Of a stretch of 64,000 bases of DNA, positions 37,866 through 48,181 are shown piece by piece. Every line of letters starts with the position of its first letter. Position 1 is the first letter of the stretch. The notes under the pieces were generated by a model. That model did no database searches. It worked only from the letters and a program-made list of their open reading frames with translations, and was not told the origin of the DNA. The position numbers and the translations under genes were made by a program. The stretch comes from a bacterium. Its GTDB lineage: Bacteria > Patescibacteriota > Patescibacteriia > UBA1558 > S5-K13. The DNA lies in NCBI GenBank assembly GCA_029555085.1, contig JAKPTO010000014.1, positions 8,300 through 72,299 on the forward strand, read 5' to 3'.

Positions 37866-40029
37866 CTTTTTTTAATAAACCTATATAAGATCCATAGTTT
37901 TGATTTTTATTATATGCGAAAAATTCATTTATTAATTTTCCACTTTTTTCGAAAATTTTTATATGTGCTCCACCACCAATACCAGGGGAAGTTATTATTT
38001 CATTTTGATAATCAGAGTCAACATCATAAATTTTTACATATACTTCTTTTTTATACGATGATTGGTATGCCATAAAACTATTTATTAGTTCTCTTTTTGA
38101 ATTATATATTAAAATATATGAAGAACTACCACTTTTAGGAGCAACAGCTATTTGCGCCTCATTTAAAAAATTATCTGTTTTACAATCAATATTTAATCCA
38201 CCTCTAAAATTTTTATTACCAGCAAAAAAATTATCTTTTAAGCCGCCATTTTTATCAAAAATTTTAATATGTGGTCCACCTCCAATCCCAGGAGCTGTTA
38301 TTATTTCCATTTGTTTATCATTGTCATAGTCGCATACAGACACAGATAGTCCAAATTTATAATCTTTGTTATATGCATAGAAACTATTCAATAAAGTTCC
38401 TTGAAAATCATATATTTCTAATTTTGGTTCATTTGAATGTCCGATAATTATTTTCTCTCTTTTTGTATTATATAAATCCCCTATGGATATTGAAGGTATT
38501 GATTTTGATTTTATTGTAAATTTTGCGAGCAATTTAAATTCATTGGAATATGTGTATATTACAGCATTTGGCGCGCGAAATGACATTATAATTATTTCTT
38601 GTTTTCCATCTCCATCTACATCCCCAGATTCAACTCTGTGATAATTATAATTATTAGATGGAAGAATTTTTTCAAGACTTGTTTTCGTTTTTTGATTAAA
38701 TATTTTTATATTTAATTTATTAGAATAGTTTTGAGTAGTTATTATGGAGATTTCTTTATTAGCCTTATGTCTCCGAGCTTCTATTATTGCCTGATTTACA
38801 TCTAGCAAACCAAAACCAATTTGTTTTCTGTGACTAAAATTTTTAAAGGAAATATTTTTTGCACTGTCTTTTAATATTTGAATTATTTCCTCATTGGAAA
38901 ATGTTCTGTCTATTGATTTTATAAGTGCAACTGCTCCAGTTACCATTGGCGCTGCGTATGATGTTCCATATTGTGAATTGCCATATTTTTTTGAAAAAGC
39001 ACTAAGCTGTGGTTGATAAACCTTGGTGCTGTAAATATTTTCTCCTGGTGCTAATATATCTATGCAAGATTCACCATAATTTGAAAAAGTAGATAATTGA
39101 TTATCTTTATCCACAGAACCAACTCCAATTACAGTATTTTTCCCTAAGTCATAACATATGGGATATTTAGGATTTTTTGTTAAATCAGTTCCTGCGCCCA
39201 TTTCATTTCCAGATGAAGCAACTACTATAACGCCTGCGTTGTAAGCTCTTTCTATAGAATTTCTTAGTATTTCATCATCATTATCACCTACAAAACTAAG
39301 ATTAATTATATTTGCGCCGTTTTTTATAGCATAATCAATAGCGCGAGCTACATCATAGGTATTGCCATTTCCTTGACTATCTAGTGCGCGAAGCGACATC
39401 ATTTTTATTTTCCAAGCTACTCCAGTAATGCCCTCTTTATTACCACCAACAGCTCCGATTATTCCAGCAACTGCAGTTCCGTGATTTACCGCATGTTTAT
39501 TGTACCCAACACTTAATTTAACACTATTATCAGATTTATTATTAACAAAATCCCATCCATAATAATCATCAATATAGCCATTTTGATCATTATCAATTCC
39601 GTCATCTGGAATTTCTTTTCCGTTTTTCCAAATATTATCTTTTAAATCTGGGTGATTATAGTCAATTCCAGTATCAATTACAGCAACAATAACATCGTTT
39701 GCATCGGTTACCCAAGTCCAGGCTTGTTCAGCGTTTATTTGCTTTAAATAATCTTGAGAAATATATTCAGGATCATTTGGGTATGCAGATATATGATAAT
39801 TATAATTTTGAGAAATTGATTTAATTTTTGGGTTAGATAATATTCTTTGTTTTACATTATCAAAATTATCTAGAGAGATGTTTATTTTTCTAATGTCATT
39901 GTTTGTGGATTGTATTATAAATTCCCCAGTATTTTTATTCTGTATATCAAAAAAATAGGTAGAAAATAAACACACCACTATTACTAAAAACATACCGATT
40001 TTGTTTTTGAAAATCAGTTTCATATACAA
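37849..40029 (-). CDS. S8 subtilisin-like protease with C-terminal FG-GAP-like repeats
   Basis: DTG, HGT, GTSYAAP triad; GDVDGDG and GGGPHIKIF repeats. Confidence 0.92.
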   Translation of the reverse strand: MYMKLIFKNKIGMFLVIVVCLFSTYFFDIQNKNTGEFIIQSTNNDIRKINISLDNFDNVKQRILSNPKIKSISQNYNYHISAYPNDPEYISQDYLKQINAEQAWTWVTDANDVIVAVIDTGIDYNHPDLKDNIWKNGKEIPDDGIDNDQNGYIDDYYGWDFVNNKSDNSVKLSVGYNKHAVNHGTAVAGIIGAVGGNKEGITGVAWKIKMMSLRALDSQGNGNTYDVARAIDYAIKNGANIINLSFVGDNDDEILRNSIERAYNAGVIVVASSGNEMGAGTDLTKNPKYPICYDLGKNTVIGVGSVDKDNQLSTFSNYGESCIDILAPGENIYSTKVYQPQLSAFSKKYGNSQYGTSYAAPMVTGAVALIKSIDRTFSNEEIIQILKDSAKNISFKNFSHRKQIGFGLLDVNQAIIEARRHKANKEISIITTQNYSNKLNIKIFNQKTKTSLEKILPSNNYNYHRVESGDVDGDGKQEIIIMSFRAPNAVIYTYSNEFKLLAKFTIKSKSIPSISIGDLYNTKREKIIIGHSNEPKLEIYDFQGTLLNSFYAYNKDYKFGLSVSVCDYDNDKQMEIITAPGIGGGPHIKIFDKNGGLKDNFFAGNKNFRGGLNIDCKTDNFLNEAQIAVAPKSGSSSYILIYNSKRELINSFMAYQSSYKKEVYVKIYDVDSDYQNEIITSPGIGGGAHIKIFEKSGKLINEFFAYNKNQNYGSYIGLLKKDEFNK

Positions 40030-40077
40030 TAAATTATATGCTATTTTTTATAATATAGCAAAGTTTTAGAGTGTAAA

Positions 40078-41550
40078 TTATGAGATATTATCAGCTTGAG
40101 ATTTATTTTTTTTTAAGAATATACTCAATATGGTTTGTGTATCTGTTTTATCTAGTATTTTGAGTAATAATATTGACAAAATGTATGAAAATATGCCAAA
40201 AATAATAGCAACTATAAGGTTTATGGTTTTGTTTGTAAATATAACCACTATATACATAATTCCACAAGCTAAAAGTATTTTTACAAAGTTTATTATTAAT
40301 TCTCTGCTTTTATATTCTATTTTTCTAATTGAACTATTAATATTTAATACCAAATATAAAATAGATGATAAAACAGAGGCAATAGCAGCTCCATTTTGGG
40401 CATAAATAGGAATTAATATAAAGTTTAAAATTATGCTTGTAATCATCATTATGCCGATATTTTTTGTATGAATTTTTTGTAAGTTGCAAGCATTTAAAAA
40501 TGCTCCAGTTGGGAATGTTAAAAATATAAATGGTAAATTGAGTATTAATATTTTTAAAGTTAACACTGAATCAAGAAAGTCTTTCCCATAAATTTTCAGT
40601 ATTACCGGATACGCTACTGCAATAATTCCAAAACTAATGGACATACTTATCAGGAGTAAATATTTTAAACTTTTATTGAAAATACTGTATAATTTTTCTT
40701 TTTCATAGTTGTAAAAATGTGTAAAAGCTGGATAGAGAGACGCTGAAAAAGCCATTGGTATAAATTGAAATGCAAATGTTATTTTATATGCTAATGCATA
40801 ACAACCAAGAGCTTTTTGTGTGGACATTTTTGAAAGTATGACTGAATCAATATTCCCAGAAATTCTTGTAAATATGGAAGATATTGCAAAAGGAAAAGCT
40901 GCAATTAAAAGTATTTTTATAAATTTTTTATCAAAACTTGCCTTAATCGACAGCTTATATTTAGAAGAAATAATAAAAGATGAATAAATAAGATTAATAG
41001 TACTCGCAAATAGTAAAGCAAAGAGCAAAGTAAATGGATCTTTTGTGGTTTGAAGTATTACATAACCAATAAATGCAACTATTATTTGAAATGCGACAGA
41101 AGAAATGCTTTCATATTTTAAATTATGCTTTCCGCGTAGAATAGCAAAAAACAATGAAGTAAAATTATCTAGAATCATTATAAGAGATGAGAGTAAGATC
41201 ATTTTTATTAGATAGTTTGAGTATCCTAAAATTTTAGAAGTAAATATTATTATAATAAATACAAAAACAGAGTTTAGTAGTTTAATTCCCATTGCATTTG
41301 AAAGAAGTTTTTGATCTGATTCTTGATTTTTGGCAATTTCTCTATTTATTAAATTTGCAAGTCCAAAATCTACAAAAACGGAAAATATTGTTGAAAAAGA
41401 AAGTGCAAAAAAATATTGAGCTGTATTTTCTGCACCTAATTGAGTTGCGAGATATGAAAAATATATAAATGAAATTATTTTTTGTAAAATAAGAGCACCG
41501 GTAAAATATCCGGTGTTTTTTACTATTTTATTTGACGGTGATTTATCCAT
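40078..41550 (-). CDS. Polysaccharide flippase (Wzx/MOP family)
   Basis: Many TM helices, DFGL..REIA, GAAIAS. Confidence 0.88.
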   Translation of the reverse strand: MDKSPSNKIVKNTGYFTGALILQKIISFIYFSYLATQLGAENTAQYFFALSFSTIFSVFVDFGLANLINREIAKNQESDQKLLSNAMGIKLLNSVFVFIIIIFTSKILGYSNYLIKMILLSSLIMILDNFTSLFFAILRGKHNLKYESISSVAFQIIVAFIGYVILQTTKDPFTLLFALLFASTINLIYSSFIISSKYKLSIKASFDKKFIKILLIAAFPFAISSIFTRISGNIDSVILSKMSTQKALGCYALAYKITFAFQFIPMAFSASLYPAFTHFYNYEKEKLYSIFNKSLKYLLLISMSISFGIIAVAYPVILKIYGKDFLDSVLTLKILILNLPFIFLTFPTGAFLNACNLQKIHTKNIGIMMITSIILNFILIPIYAQNGAAIASVLSSILYLVLNINSSIRKIEYKSRELIINFVKILLACGIMYIVVIFTNKTINLIVAIIFGIFSYILSILLLKILDKTDTQTILSIFLKKNKSQADNIS

Positions 41551-41635
41551 AGATATTATTTTATACTAAAAACAGTATAAATAAAAGACCCATCTAATGA
41601 AGGATCTTTTATAATTATATCGAATAAGTTTAAAA

Positions 41636-42037
41636 TTAACGTTTTGACCACTGTGGTGCTCTTCTTGCTTTCTTTAATCCTGGTTTTTTTCTTTCTTTTG
41701 AGCGAGGATCTCTTGTTAACAAACCTGCACTTTTCAATGTTTTTTTGTATTCCGGATCAATTTTTATTAAAGATCTAGCAATTGCTAATCTTATTGATTC
41801 TGCTTGAGATTTTATGCCACCACCACTTGTTTTGATTGTGATTCTATATTTTCCAATGAGGTTTAATACTTTTAATGATTCTAGAGCTAAGTCAACAAGA
41901 TTTTTATTTTTAAAATACTCATTTAAAGATTTGTCATTAACAGTTATTTCCCCTTTTTCTTGGTATAATCTAACACTGCAGGTTGCTTCTTTTCTTCTCC
42001 CTATGCCGTATTGATATTGTTCTTTATTTGTTGCCAT
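41636..42037 (-). CDS. rpsI: 30S ribosomal protein S9
   Basis: GRRKEA, GGG, ERKKPGLKKARRAPQWSKR. Confidence 0.98.
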   Translation of the reverse strand: MATNKEQYQYGIGRRKEATCSVRLYQEKGEITVNDKSLNEYFKNKNLVDLALESLKVLNLIGKYRITIKTSGGGIKSQAESIRLAIARSLIKIDPEYKKTLKSAGLLTRDPRSKERKKPGLKKARRAPQWSKR

Positions 42038-42051
42038 ATTTAATTAAGATA

Positions 42052-42411
42052 TTAATTTTTAAAGTGTAATCTTTTTATCATTTGATCTCTTAGTTTATTT
42101 TTTGGTAGCATTCTATATACTGCTTTTGTCAATACCCAGTCAGCTTTTTGTGGGAAAATATTTTTTAATTGAGTAGTTTTTAAATGTCCAATGTATGGAG
42201 TTGGTCTTTGGTAAAGTTTTTGTTCTATTTTTTTACCAGATAATTTCATTTTTGAAACATTTAAAACATCAACAGAACCACCCATATCTATATTTGGTTT
42301 GTAATCAACTCTTGTTTTACCCATAAGATGCATGGCGATTTGAGTTGCAATTCTTCCCATTATTTTATCTGTCGCATCTATTGTTAATTTTTCTCTTTTT
42401 ATAGAACTCAT
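42052..42411 (-). CDS. rplM: 50S ribosomal protein L13 (short form)
   Basis: IDAT..MGRIA, GK..YKP.IDMG, MLPKNKL. Confidence 0.96.
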   Translation of the reverse strand: MSSIKREKLTIDATDKIMGRIATQIAMHLMGKTRVDYKPNIDMGGSVDVLNVSKMKLSGKKIEQKLYQRPTPYIGHLKTTQLKNIFPQKADWVLTKAVYRMLPKNKLRDQMIKRLHFKN

Positions 42412-42416
42412 ATAAT

Positions 42417-42770
42417 TTATTTAGTAAATGTTATATATACCATTTCTGCTCCATCTCCTTTTCTTTCTCCTGATTTTGTAATTTTTAGATATCCGCCTTT
42501 TGTTTCTTTAAATTTTGGACCCCATATTTCAAGTAATTTTTTTACAGCTTTTACTGAGTTTAATTTTGTTATTAAATATCTTCTGGTTGCTACATCATTT
42601 TTAGCTGATTTTGTTATTAGTTTTTCTACATACGGTTTTATAACTTTTGCTTTTGCAGATGTTGTTTTTACTTTTTCAAATAAAATAACTTGACCAGCTA
42701 AATTTTTTATTAATGCTGTTCTTGGTCCTTTTTTTCTGTCTAATATTTTGTTCTTATTCTGATGTCGCAT
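42417..42770 (-). CDS. rplQ: 50S ribosomal protein L17
   Basis: MRHQ, TTSAKAK, GGY, RKGDGAEM. Confidence 0.97.
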   Translation of the reverse strand: MRHQNKNKILDRKKGPRTALIKNLAGQVILFEKVKTTSAKAKVIKPYVEKLITKSAKNDVATRRYLITKLNSVKAVKKLLEIWGPKFKETKGGYLKITKSGERKGDGAEMVYITFTK

Positions 42771-42837
42771 ATTATTAACTTTTAGTATTTAGTTTTTCAG
42801 CTATTAACCACAAAGAGCTGATAACTGATAATTGTCT

Positions 42838-43644
42838 TTATTTTTTAGATTTTTTCTCCTTTTTCTCTTTTTTTTCTTTCGTTGATTTTTCTTTTTTATC
42901 AACTTTTTCTTTTTTTTCTTCTTCTTGTTCTTCTTCTTGTTTTTCATCTTCCTGATTATAATCTTCTCCAGATAATAATGATAAATGATCAATTAATATT
43001 TTGCTAGCATTTTCAAAAGCTTCTCTTGGGGAAATAGTTCCATCTGTTTCAACTTTCATAATTAATTTCTCATAATTTGTAATTTTTCCTACTCTTACGG
43101 CTTCTATATTAAAACTTACATTAACAATTGGAGTAAATAATGAATCAATGCTAATTTCATCTACAGCTATGTCTTCGTTTGTTTTTTCTTCTACGGTTAC
43201 ATACCCCTTACCACGTTTTACTGTAAATTCTATTTCAATATCCGCATTTTTATCTGTCAAATGACCCAAAACAAGTTCTGGATTTACAATTTCAGCTTGG
43301 GCATTTTTTTCTATATCGCCAGCAGTAATTTTTTTCTCTCCTTTAGCTTTCAATATTAATTGAACAGGTTCTTCTTGATACATTTTTATTCTAATTTTTT
43401 TGATATTTAAAATTAGATCAACTATATCTTCTTTTAAATGTGGTAAAGAAGAAAATTCATGCTTGACGCCTTTGATTTTAATTTTTGTTATAGCTGCTCC
43501 AGTAAGAGATGATAAAAGTACTCTCCTTAATGGATTTGCAATTGTAATTCCATAACCTGGAAAAAGAGGCTCTATGGTAATTTGAGTTTGGTTCTTTTTT
43601 ACCTCTTTATATTCTATGTTGTTTGGTAAGGGAATTTTTTCCAT
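42838..43644 (-). CDS. rpoA: RNA polymerase alpha subunit without recognisable alpha-CTD
   Basis: EPLFPGYGITIANPLRRVLLSS, HEFS, RGKGY, TDGTI; ends in an E/K-rich tail at 268 aa. Confidence 0.96.
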   Translation of the reverse strand: MEKIPLPNNIEYKEVKKNQTQITIEPLFPGYGITIANPLRRVLLSSLTGAAITKIKIKGVKHEFSSLPHLKEDIVDLILNIKKIRIKMYQEEPVQLILKAKGEKKITAGDIEKNAQAEIVNPELVLGHLTDKNADIEIEFTVKRGKGYVTVEEKTNEDIAVDEISIDSLFTPIVNVSFNIEAVRVGKITNYEKLIMKVETDGTISPREAFENASKILIDHLSLLSGEDYNQEDEKQEEEQEEEKKEKVDKKEKSTKEKKEKKEKKSKK

Positions 43645-43671
43645 TTTGATTTTTTGTTAAATTTATAAAGC

Positions 43672-44304
43672 TTATCTTGAGTAGAACCCAATGATAAGAG
43701 ATGAATCAATAAAGTTGGCAACATCTTCAACATTTGGCTCTGCGGTTATTTGTGCTGTGAGATTTTTATTGTCTAATGCAAGCCAAGTAGGTATGTCTTT
43801 TTCATTTTTGATTGCTTCTTTTATTTTTTCCCAATATTTACTTTTTGATTTAGTTTCTTTTACTTTTATTTGATCTCCTAATTTTGTTGTGTAGGAGGCT
43901 ATATTTACTGTGCGTCCATTTATTGTAAATTGAGAATGTGATATTAATTGTCTAGCTGCAATTCTAGATGGAGCTAATTTTAATCTATAAATTACATTAT
44001 CAAATCTTTTTTCAAGCAATGCCAACATTGTTTTACCAGCGTCTTTTTTATTTTTCATTGCTTTTTTTGCTAAATTATAAAACTGTGCTTCAAGCATTCC
44101 ATAGATTCTTTTAGCTTTTTGTTTTTCTCTAAGTTGTTTTCCATATGCTGATAGTTTTGTCATGGCTCTTTTTGGACCATGAACTCCAGGTTTATAATTC
44201 TTTTTTATCATTGCACATTTAGCGCTTTTACATCTTTCTCCCTTTAGAAAAAGTTTTGCACCTTCTCTTCTACATTGTTTACATTTTGAACTGACTTTTC
44301 TCAT
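43672..44304 (-). CDS. rpsD: 30S ribosomal protein S4
   Basis: CRREG.KLFLKG, QLREKQK, LEKRFDN. Confidence 0.98.
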   Translation of the reverse strand: MRKVSSKCKQCRREGAKLFLKGERCKSAKCAMIKKNYKPGVHGPKRAMTKLSAYGKQLREKQKAKRIYGMLEAQFYNLAKKAMKNKKDAGKTMLALLEKRFDNVIYRLKLAPSRIAARQLISHSQFTINGRTVNIASYTTKLGDQIKVKETKSKSKYWEKIKEAIKNEKDIPTWLALDNKNLTAQITAEPNVEDVANFIDSSLIIGFYSR

Positions 44305-44329
44305 ATAAAATAAATTTATTTAATTAAAA

Positions 44330-44722
44330 TTAGACCCTTCTTGGTTTTGGTGCACGACAACCATTATGTGGTATTGGTGTTACATCCTTTATTGAAATGA
44401 TATTTAATCCCCCAGAATGTATGCCTCTTATTGAAGCGTCGCGTCCAGCACCGACTCCTTTTACAAAAACATCAACATCTTCAAGTCCGTAAACCTTAGC
44501 TTTTGTTACGGCATCTTTTGCAATTACTTCAGCAGCATAGGGAGTTGCTTTTTTAGGTCCTTTAAATCCCATAATTCCAGCTGAACTCCAAGATAAAACA
44601 TTACCATTATGATCAGTAAGGGTTATTATTGTATTATTATAGGTAGCGCTTATATATGCTCTTCCTCTTTTTACGCTAATTTTCTTTTTTTTCTTTGATT
44701 TTATTGCTTTTTTACCTGCCAT
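44330..44722 (-). CDS. rpsK: 30S ribosomal protein S11
   Basis: NNTIIT, KKATPYAA, DVTPIPHNGCR; start placed at MAGKK. Confidence 0.98.
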   Translation of the reverse strand: MAGKKAIKSKKKKKISVKRGRAYISATYNNTIITLTDHNGNVLSWSSAGIMGFKGPKKATPYAAEVIAKDAVTKAKVYGLEDVDVFVKGVGAGRDASIRGIHSGGLNIISIKDVTPIPHNGCRAPKPRRV

Positions 44723-44789
44723 ATTATTTAATCGATTGTATGTTGCTAGATTAACTTCCAAGAGTTAATTATTGCAAATTAATTATTGA

Positions 44790-45179
44790 TTAAGTTTTTT
44801 GTGCTGCTGGTTTTCTACCTGAACCAGCTGATATACGTTTATTTCCCCTTACTGTGCGTGAATTTGTTTTTGTTCTTTGACCACGAGTTGGTAAATTTTT
44901 TGCATGTCTTGAGCCCCTGTATGATTTTATATCTTTTAATCTTTTGATATTCATAAGAATTTCTCTTCTTAGATCACCCTCTACTCTTAACTTTTTTTCT
45001 ATGATAGCTCTTAATTTATTTAAATCTTCTTCTGATAAATCTTTTACTCTTGTGTCTGGATTAATTTTTGTTTCTTTTAATATTTTATTAGCTGTATTTT
45101 TACCTATACCATAAATATAAGTAAGAGATATCTCTATTCTTTTTTCCTGTGGTATATTTACTCCCGCTATTCTAGCCAT
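44790..45179 (-). CDS. rpsM: 30S ribosomal protein S13
   Basis: [20 protein letters not shown]. Confidence 0.98.
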   Translation of the reverse strand: MARIAGVNIPQEKRIEISLTYIYGIGKNTANKILKETKINPDTRVKDLSEEDLNKLRAIIEKKLRVEGDLRREILMNIKRLKDIKSYRGSRHAKNLPTRGQRTKTNSRTVRGNKRISAGSGRKPAAQKT

Positions 45180-45260
45180 AATGTTAATTTTTAAGTTCGA
45201 AGTTTGAAGTGTGAATTTTATAACTTTATACTTTGAACTTTATTCTTAATTGCTTAATTT

Positions 45261-45374
45261 TTAACCTTGTCTTTGTTTGTGCTTTGGATTTTTACAAATA
45301 CATCTAAGTCGGCCATTTCTTCTAATCACCTTACAATCCCTACATATTTTTTTTACTGATGGTCTTACTTTCAT
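45261..45374 (-). CDS. rpmJ: 50S ribosomal protein L36, not in the ORF track
   Basis: Manual translation [37 protein letters not shown]. Confidence 0.97.
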   Translation of the reverse strand: MKVRPSVKKICRDCKVIRRNGRLRCICKNPKHKQRQG

Positions 45375-45537
45375 ATTTTTACATTTCGAACTCAATGAGG
45401 TTTAAGTCAATTAGCTCGATATAATTTTTTGTTAATTAAATAACTCTGGATAATTGATTATCTTTTATAATATAATACTCAATTATACTAAGTTATTAAG
45501 GCTGAAATATTTAGTTTTCAAACCTCATATTTCAGAC

Positions 45538-45774
45538 TTAATATCTATAAGTTATTCTTCCGTGATTTAAATCATATGGAGTCATTTCTATTTTTACTTT
45601 GTCTCCGGGAAGAAGTCTTATTTTAAACATACGCATTTTGCCAGATAAATATGCTATTATTTCATGACCATTATCTAACTGCACTTTAAACTGAGTTGCT
45701 GGCAACGCCTCTGTGACAACTCCATCTACTTCTATAAATTCTTTATTAATGTTTTTTTCTTTTTTGTTTTTCAT
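45538..45774 (-). CDS. infA: Translation initiation factor IF-1
   Basis: [28 protein letters not shown]. Confidence 0.97.
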   Translation of the reverse strand: MKNKKEKNINKEFIEVDGVVTEALPATQFKVQLDNGHEIIAYLSGKMRMFKIRLLPGDKVKIEMTPYDLNHGRITYRY

Positions 45775-45949
45775 AAATAACCTCACTCAATTATTTAAGT
45801 GAGCTATATTAATTTATTCTATTTTTGTTAATTTGTCAAATAAAACAAACAATATAAAAGCTTATATTATTTAAGTAAATTATAGCTTTTTTGAAAAATT
45901 TGTCAATAGTGATTTATATACATTAATGGCAATTTTTATCTGAAACAAA

Positions 45950-48172
45950 TTATTCTAAAAATCCTTCTTGAATTTTATCAAGGTTTGCGTTTGTTATCCC
46001 AAGGGAAAGTTTGGTGAATAAATCCATTAAATTATCCCATGTTACTTCGTGTTTCATACCTTTTAAATCTATATACCATATTCTTCCTTTATCTTCTACT
46101 TGTAAAAGTAATTTGCCTTTTAATCTATTTCCTAGGGTTGTATATTTATTCTCTGATATTTGATTTAAATCTTTATTGGATATTCCTAAGGATAGTTTTT
46201 CAAATAAAGGAAGCGCATTAGCAAATGTTACTTCATATCTTTTTGAATCACCTGGATTTACATACCATATTCTTCCTTTGTCTTCTACTTGTAATAAAAG
46301 TTTTCCCATTAATTTTGTTGCTAGTTTTTTGTCATAAACTTGATTAACTTGATTAACTGGTTTTGTAACGGAAATATCTTCATGGTCATAATTTACAATG
46401 TTTGGCGTATCTGTTAGTGAAAAGCTTTTTACCATTTCATTAAATTCTTTTTTAGCATTGTTTATTTTTGTAGTATCATTTTCTTGTAGAGTAAGAGATA
46501 TATTAATATATGCATTTTGTATTTTTATAAAATAATTTATACTATGGATAATTTTTTTCTTTTCGCTTGGTTTGTATATTTCTGATTCGAGCATTATAGC
46601 ATCTTTTATTTCATTGTTTATACTATAATGAGCATTTGAATTTATTATTTTAAATTCAATATCAAGATATGTACCCATTTGGTTAGATGTTTGTATCATT
46701 TGTTTTATGTTGTCTAAATATTCTTCATTGCTTAGATTTTCTGAATTATCGTTAGTCTTTTCTATTTTAATGCCAGCGAAAAAATTATCATTTGTTTTAT
46801 TTAAAATAACAATTGGCGATGTTTTGGAATTTAATATTGCAATTGGTAAGTTATCTTTTGTTTTTATGCTAAAAACGGGATCTTGATTTACATATTCGTA
46901 TATTTCATTAAAAACTATATCAGAATCTCTAGTAATAAGAGAATTTATCATATTATCAATATTTGTTTTATCTTTATCATTTTTTCCATAATCATAAGAT
47001 ATTTGAATTAATATATTTTGTACTGGAAAAAGATATATGTTTTCCATTTCATTGTGGCTAGCTCCATATCTAGAGATTAATAATTTTTTACCCCATCTGC
47101 CATTGATATTAACATCTTCTATTTTATTAAAATTGACAGCTGTTGGAATAGTTATTGTGCTTTTATATATTGATATAGCATGATCTACACTTATAAAATA
47201 AGGCATTTTTGACATTTCAAGCTCCAAATAACCAGAATCTTCATCATTTTCATTATATACTGATATTATGCTTTCTTGTTCAAATGAAAATACCCAACCT
47301 TCGGGTTTTGTTATTATTAAATATGGGTTATTTTCGTTTAAGAAAAACGGAGCTGTTTCTAATATATTCTGTCTTTTTATAAAATTCTTAGTTTTATTTA
47401 GCAAATGATTATCCTGTGGTGGAAGATTTTTGTTTTGATTTATCCACGAATTCAAAGAATTAATATTGGTAATATAACCCAAACTTCCAACTAAATCAGA
47501 ATGGGTGCGACTTGTAATTCCTATAATATTGCCATTTTCATCTATTGCTGCTCCACCAGAATTGCCAAATGAAATTATTGCATCTGTTTTTATCCAATTT
47601 TTTCCATATTTTGATTCCTTACCACTTATGATGCCACTTGTTATTGTTATTGTATCCCCACCTATTGCTGGATATCCTAGGGCTATTACTTTATCATTTA
47701 TATTTGTTGTATCAGTTGAATTAAGATTTAAATATGGAAAATTTTTTATTATTGGGCTTAAATTATTTATGATTTCTATTTTTAAAATAGCGACATCTAA
47801 ATCTTTATTTCTTGCGATAAGTTTTGCGCTATATTTACAATCAGGTTTATTGTTAATTGTTTGAGGTATGCACACTTTATAAGATGTTGGTAATTCACTT
47901 TCATCAAATTCATCTTCTTCTGTTACTACATGATAGTTTGTAAGTACAAGACCATTTTTATCTATAATAATTCCAGAACCAGATCCACTTGTTGTTAAAT
48001 AATTATCAGTATCCTCATAAAATGTATAAATTTTTACTATTGCTTTAAATGCGTCTTCTCTGGGTAATTCGCTTGGGTCTACAATATATTCCTCTGCTTT
48101 TGTGAATTGAAAATTTGCCAATGCTAAAAATATAAACATTGGTAGGATAATCAAAATTTTTATTTTTTTCAT
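45950..48172 (-). CDS. Secreted trypsin-like (S1C) serine protease with two C-terminal repeats
   Basis: Signal peptide, GSG, TNYHV, DVA, GNSGG; GKLLLQVEDKGRIWY occurs twice. Confidence 0.88.
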   Translation of the reverse strand: MKKIKILIILPMFIFLALANFQFTKAEEYIVDPSELPREDAFKAIVKIYTFYEDTDNYLTTSGSGSGIIIDKNGLVLTNYHVVTEEDEFDESELPTSYKVCIPQTINNKPDCKYSAKLIARNKDLDVAILKIEIINNLSPIIKNFPYLNLNSTDTTNINDKVIALGYPAIGGDTITITSGIISGKESKYGKNWIKTDAIISFGNSGGAAIDENGNIIGITSRTHSDLVGSLGYITNINSLNSWINQNKNLPPQDNHLLNKTKNFIKRQNILETAPFFLNENNPYLIITKPEGWVFSFEQESIISVYNENDEDSGYLELEMSKMPYFISVDHAISIYKSTITIPTAVNFNKIEDVNINGRWGKKLLISRYGASHNEMENIYLFPVQNILIQISYDYGKNDKDKTNIDNMINSLITRDSDIVFNEIYEYVNQDPVFSIKTKDNLPIAILNSKTSPIVILNKTNDNFFAGIKIEKTNDNSENLSNEEYLDNIKQMIQTSNQMGTYLDIEFKIINSNAHYSINNEIKDAIMLESEIYKPSEKKKIIHSINYFIKIQNAYINISLTLQENDTTKINNAKKEFNEMVKSFSLTDTPNIVNYDHEDISVTKPVNQVNQVYDKKLATKLMGKLLLQVEDKGRIWYVNPGDSKRYEVTFANALPLFEKLSLGISNKDLNQISENKYTTLGNRLKGKLLLQVEDKGRIWYIDLKGMKHEVTWDNLMDLFTKLSLGITNANLDKIQEGFLE

Positions 48173-48181
48173 TTTTTTATT

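Noticed and set aside
42804-42992. 62-aa poly-Lys ORF
   Set aside because: Alternative frame of the low-complexity rpoA tail; no CTD motifs.
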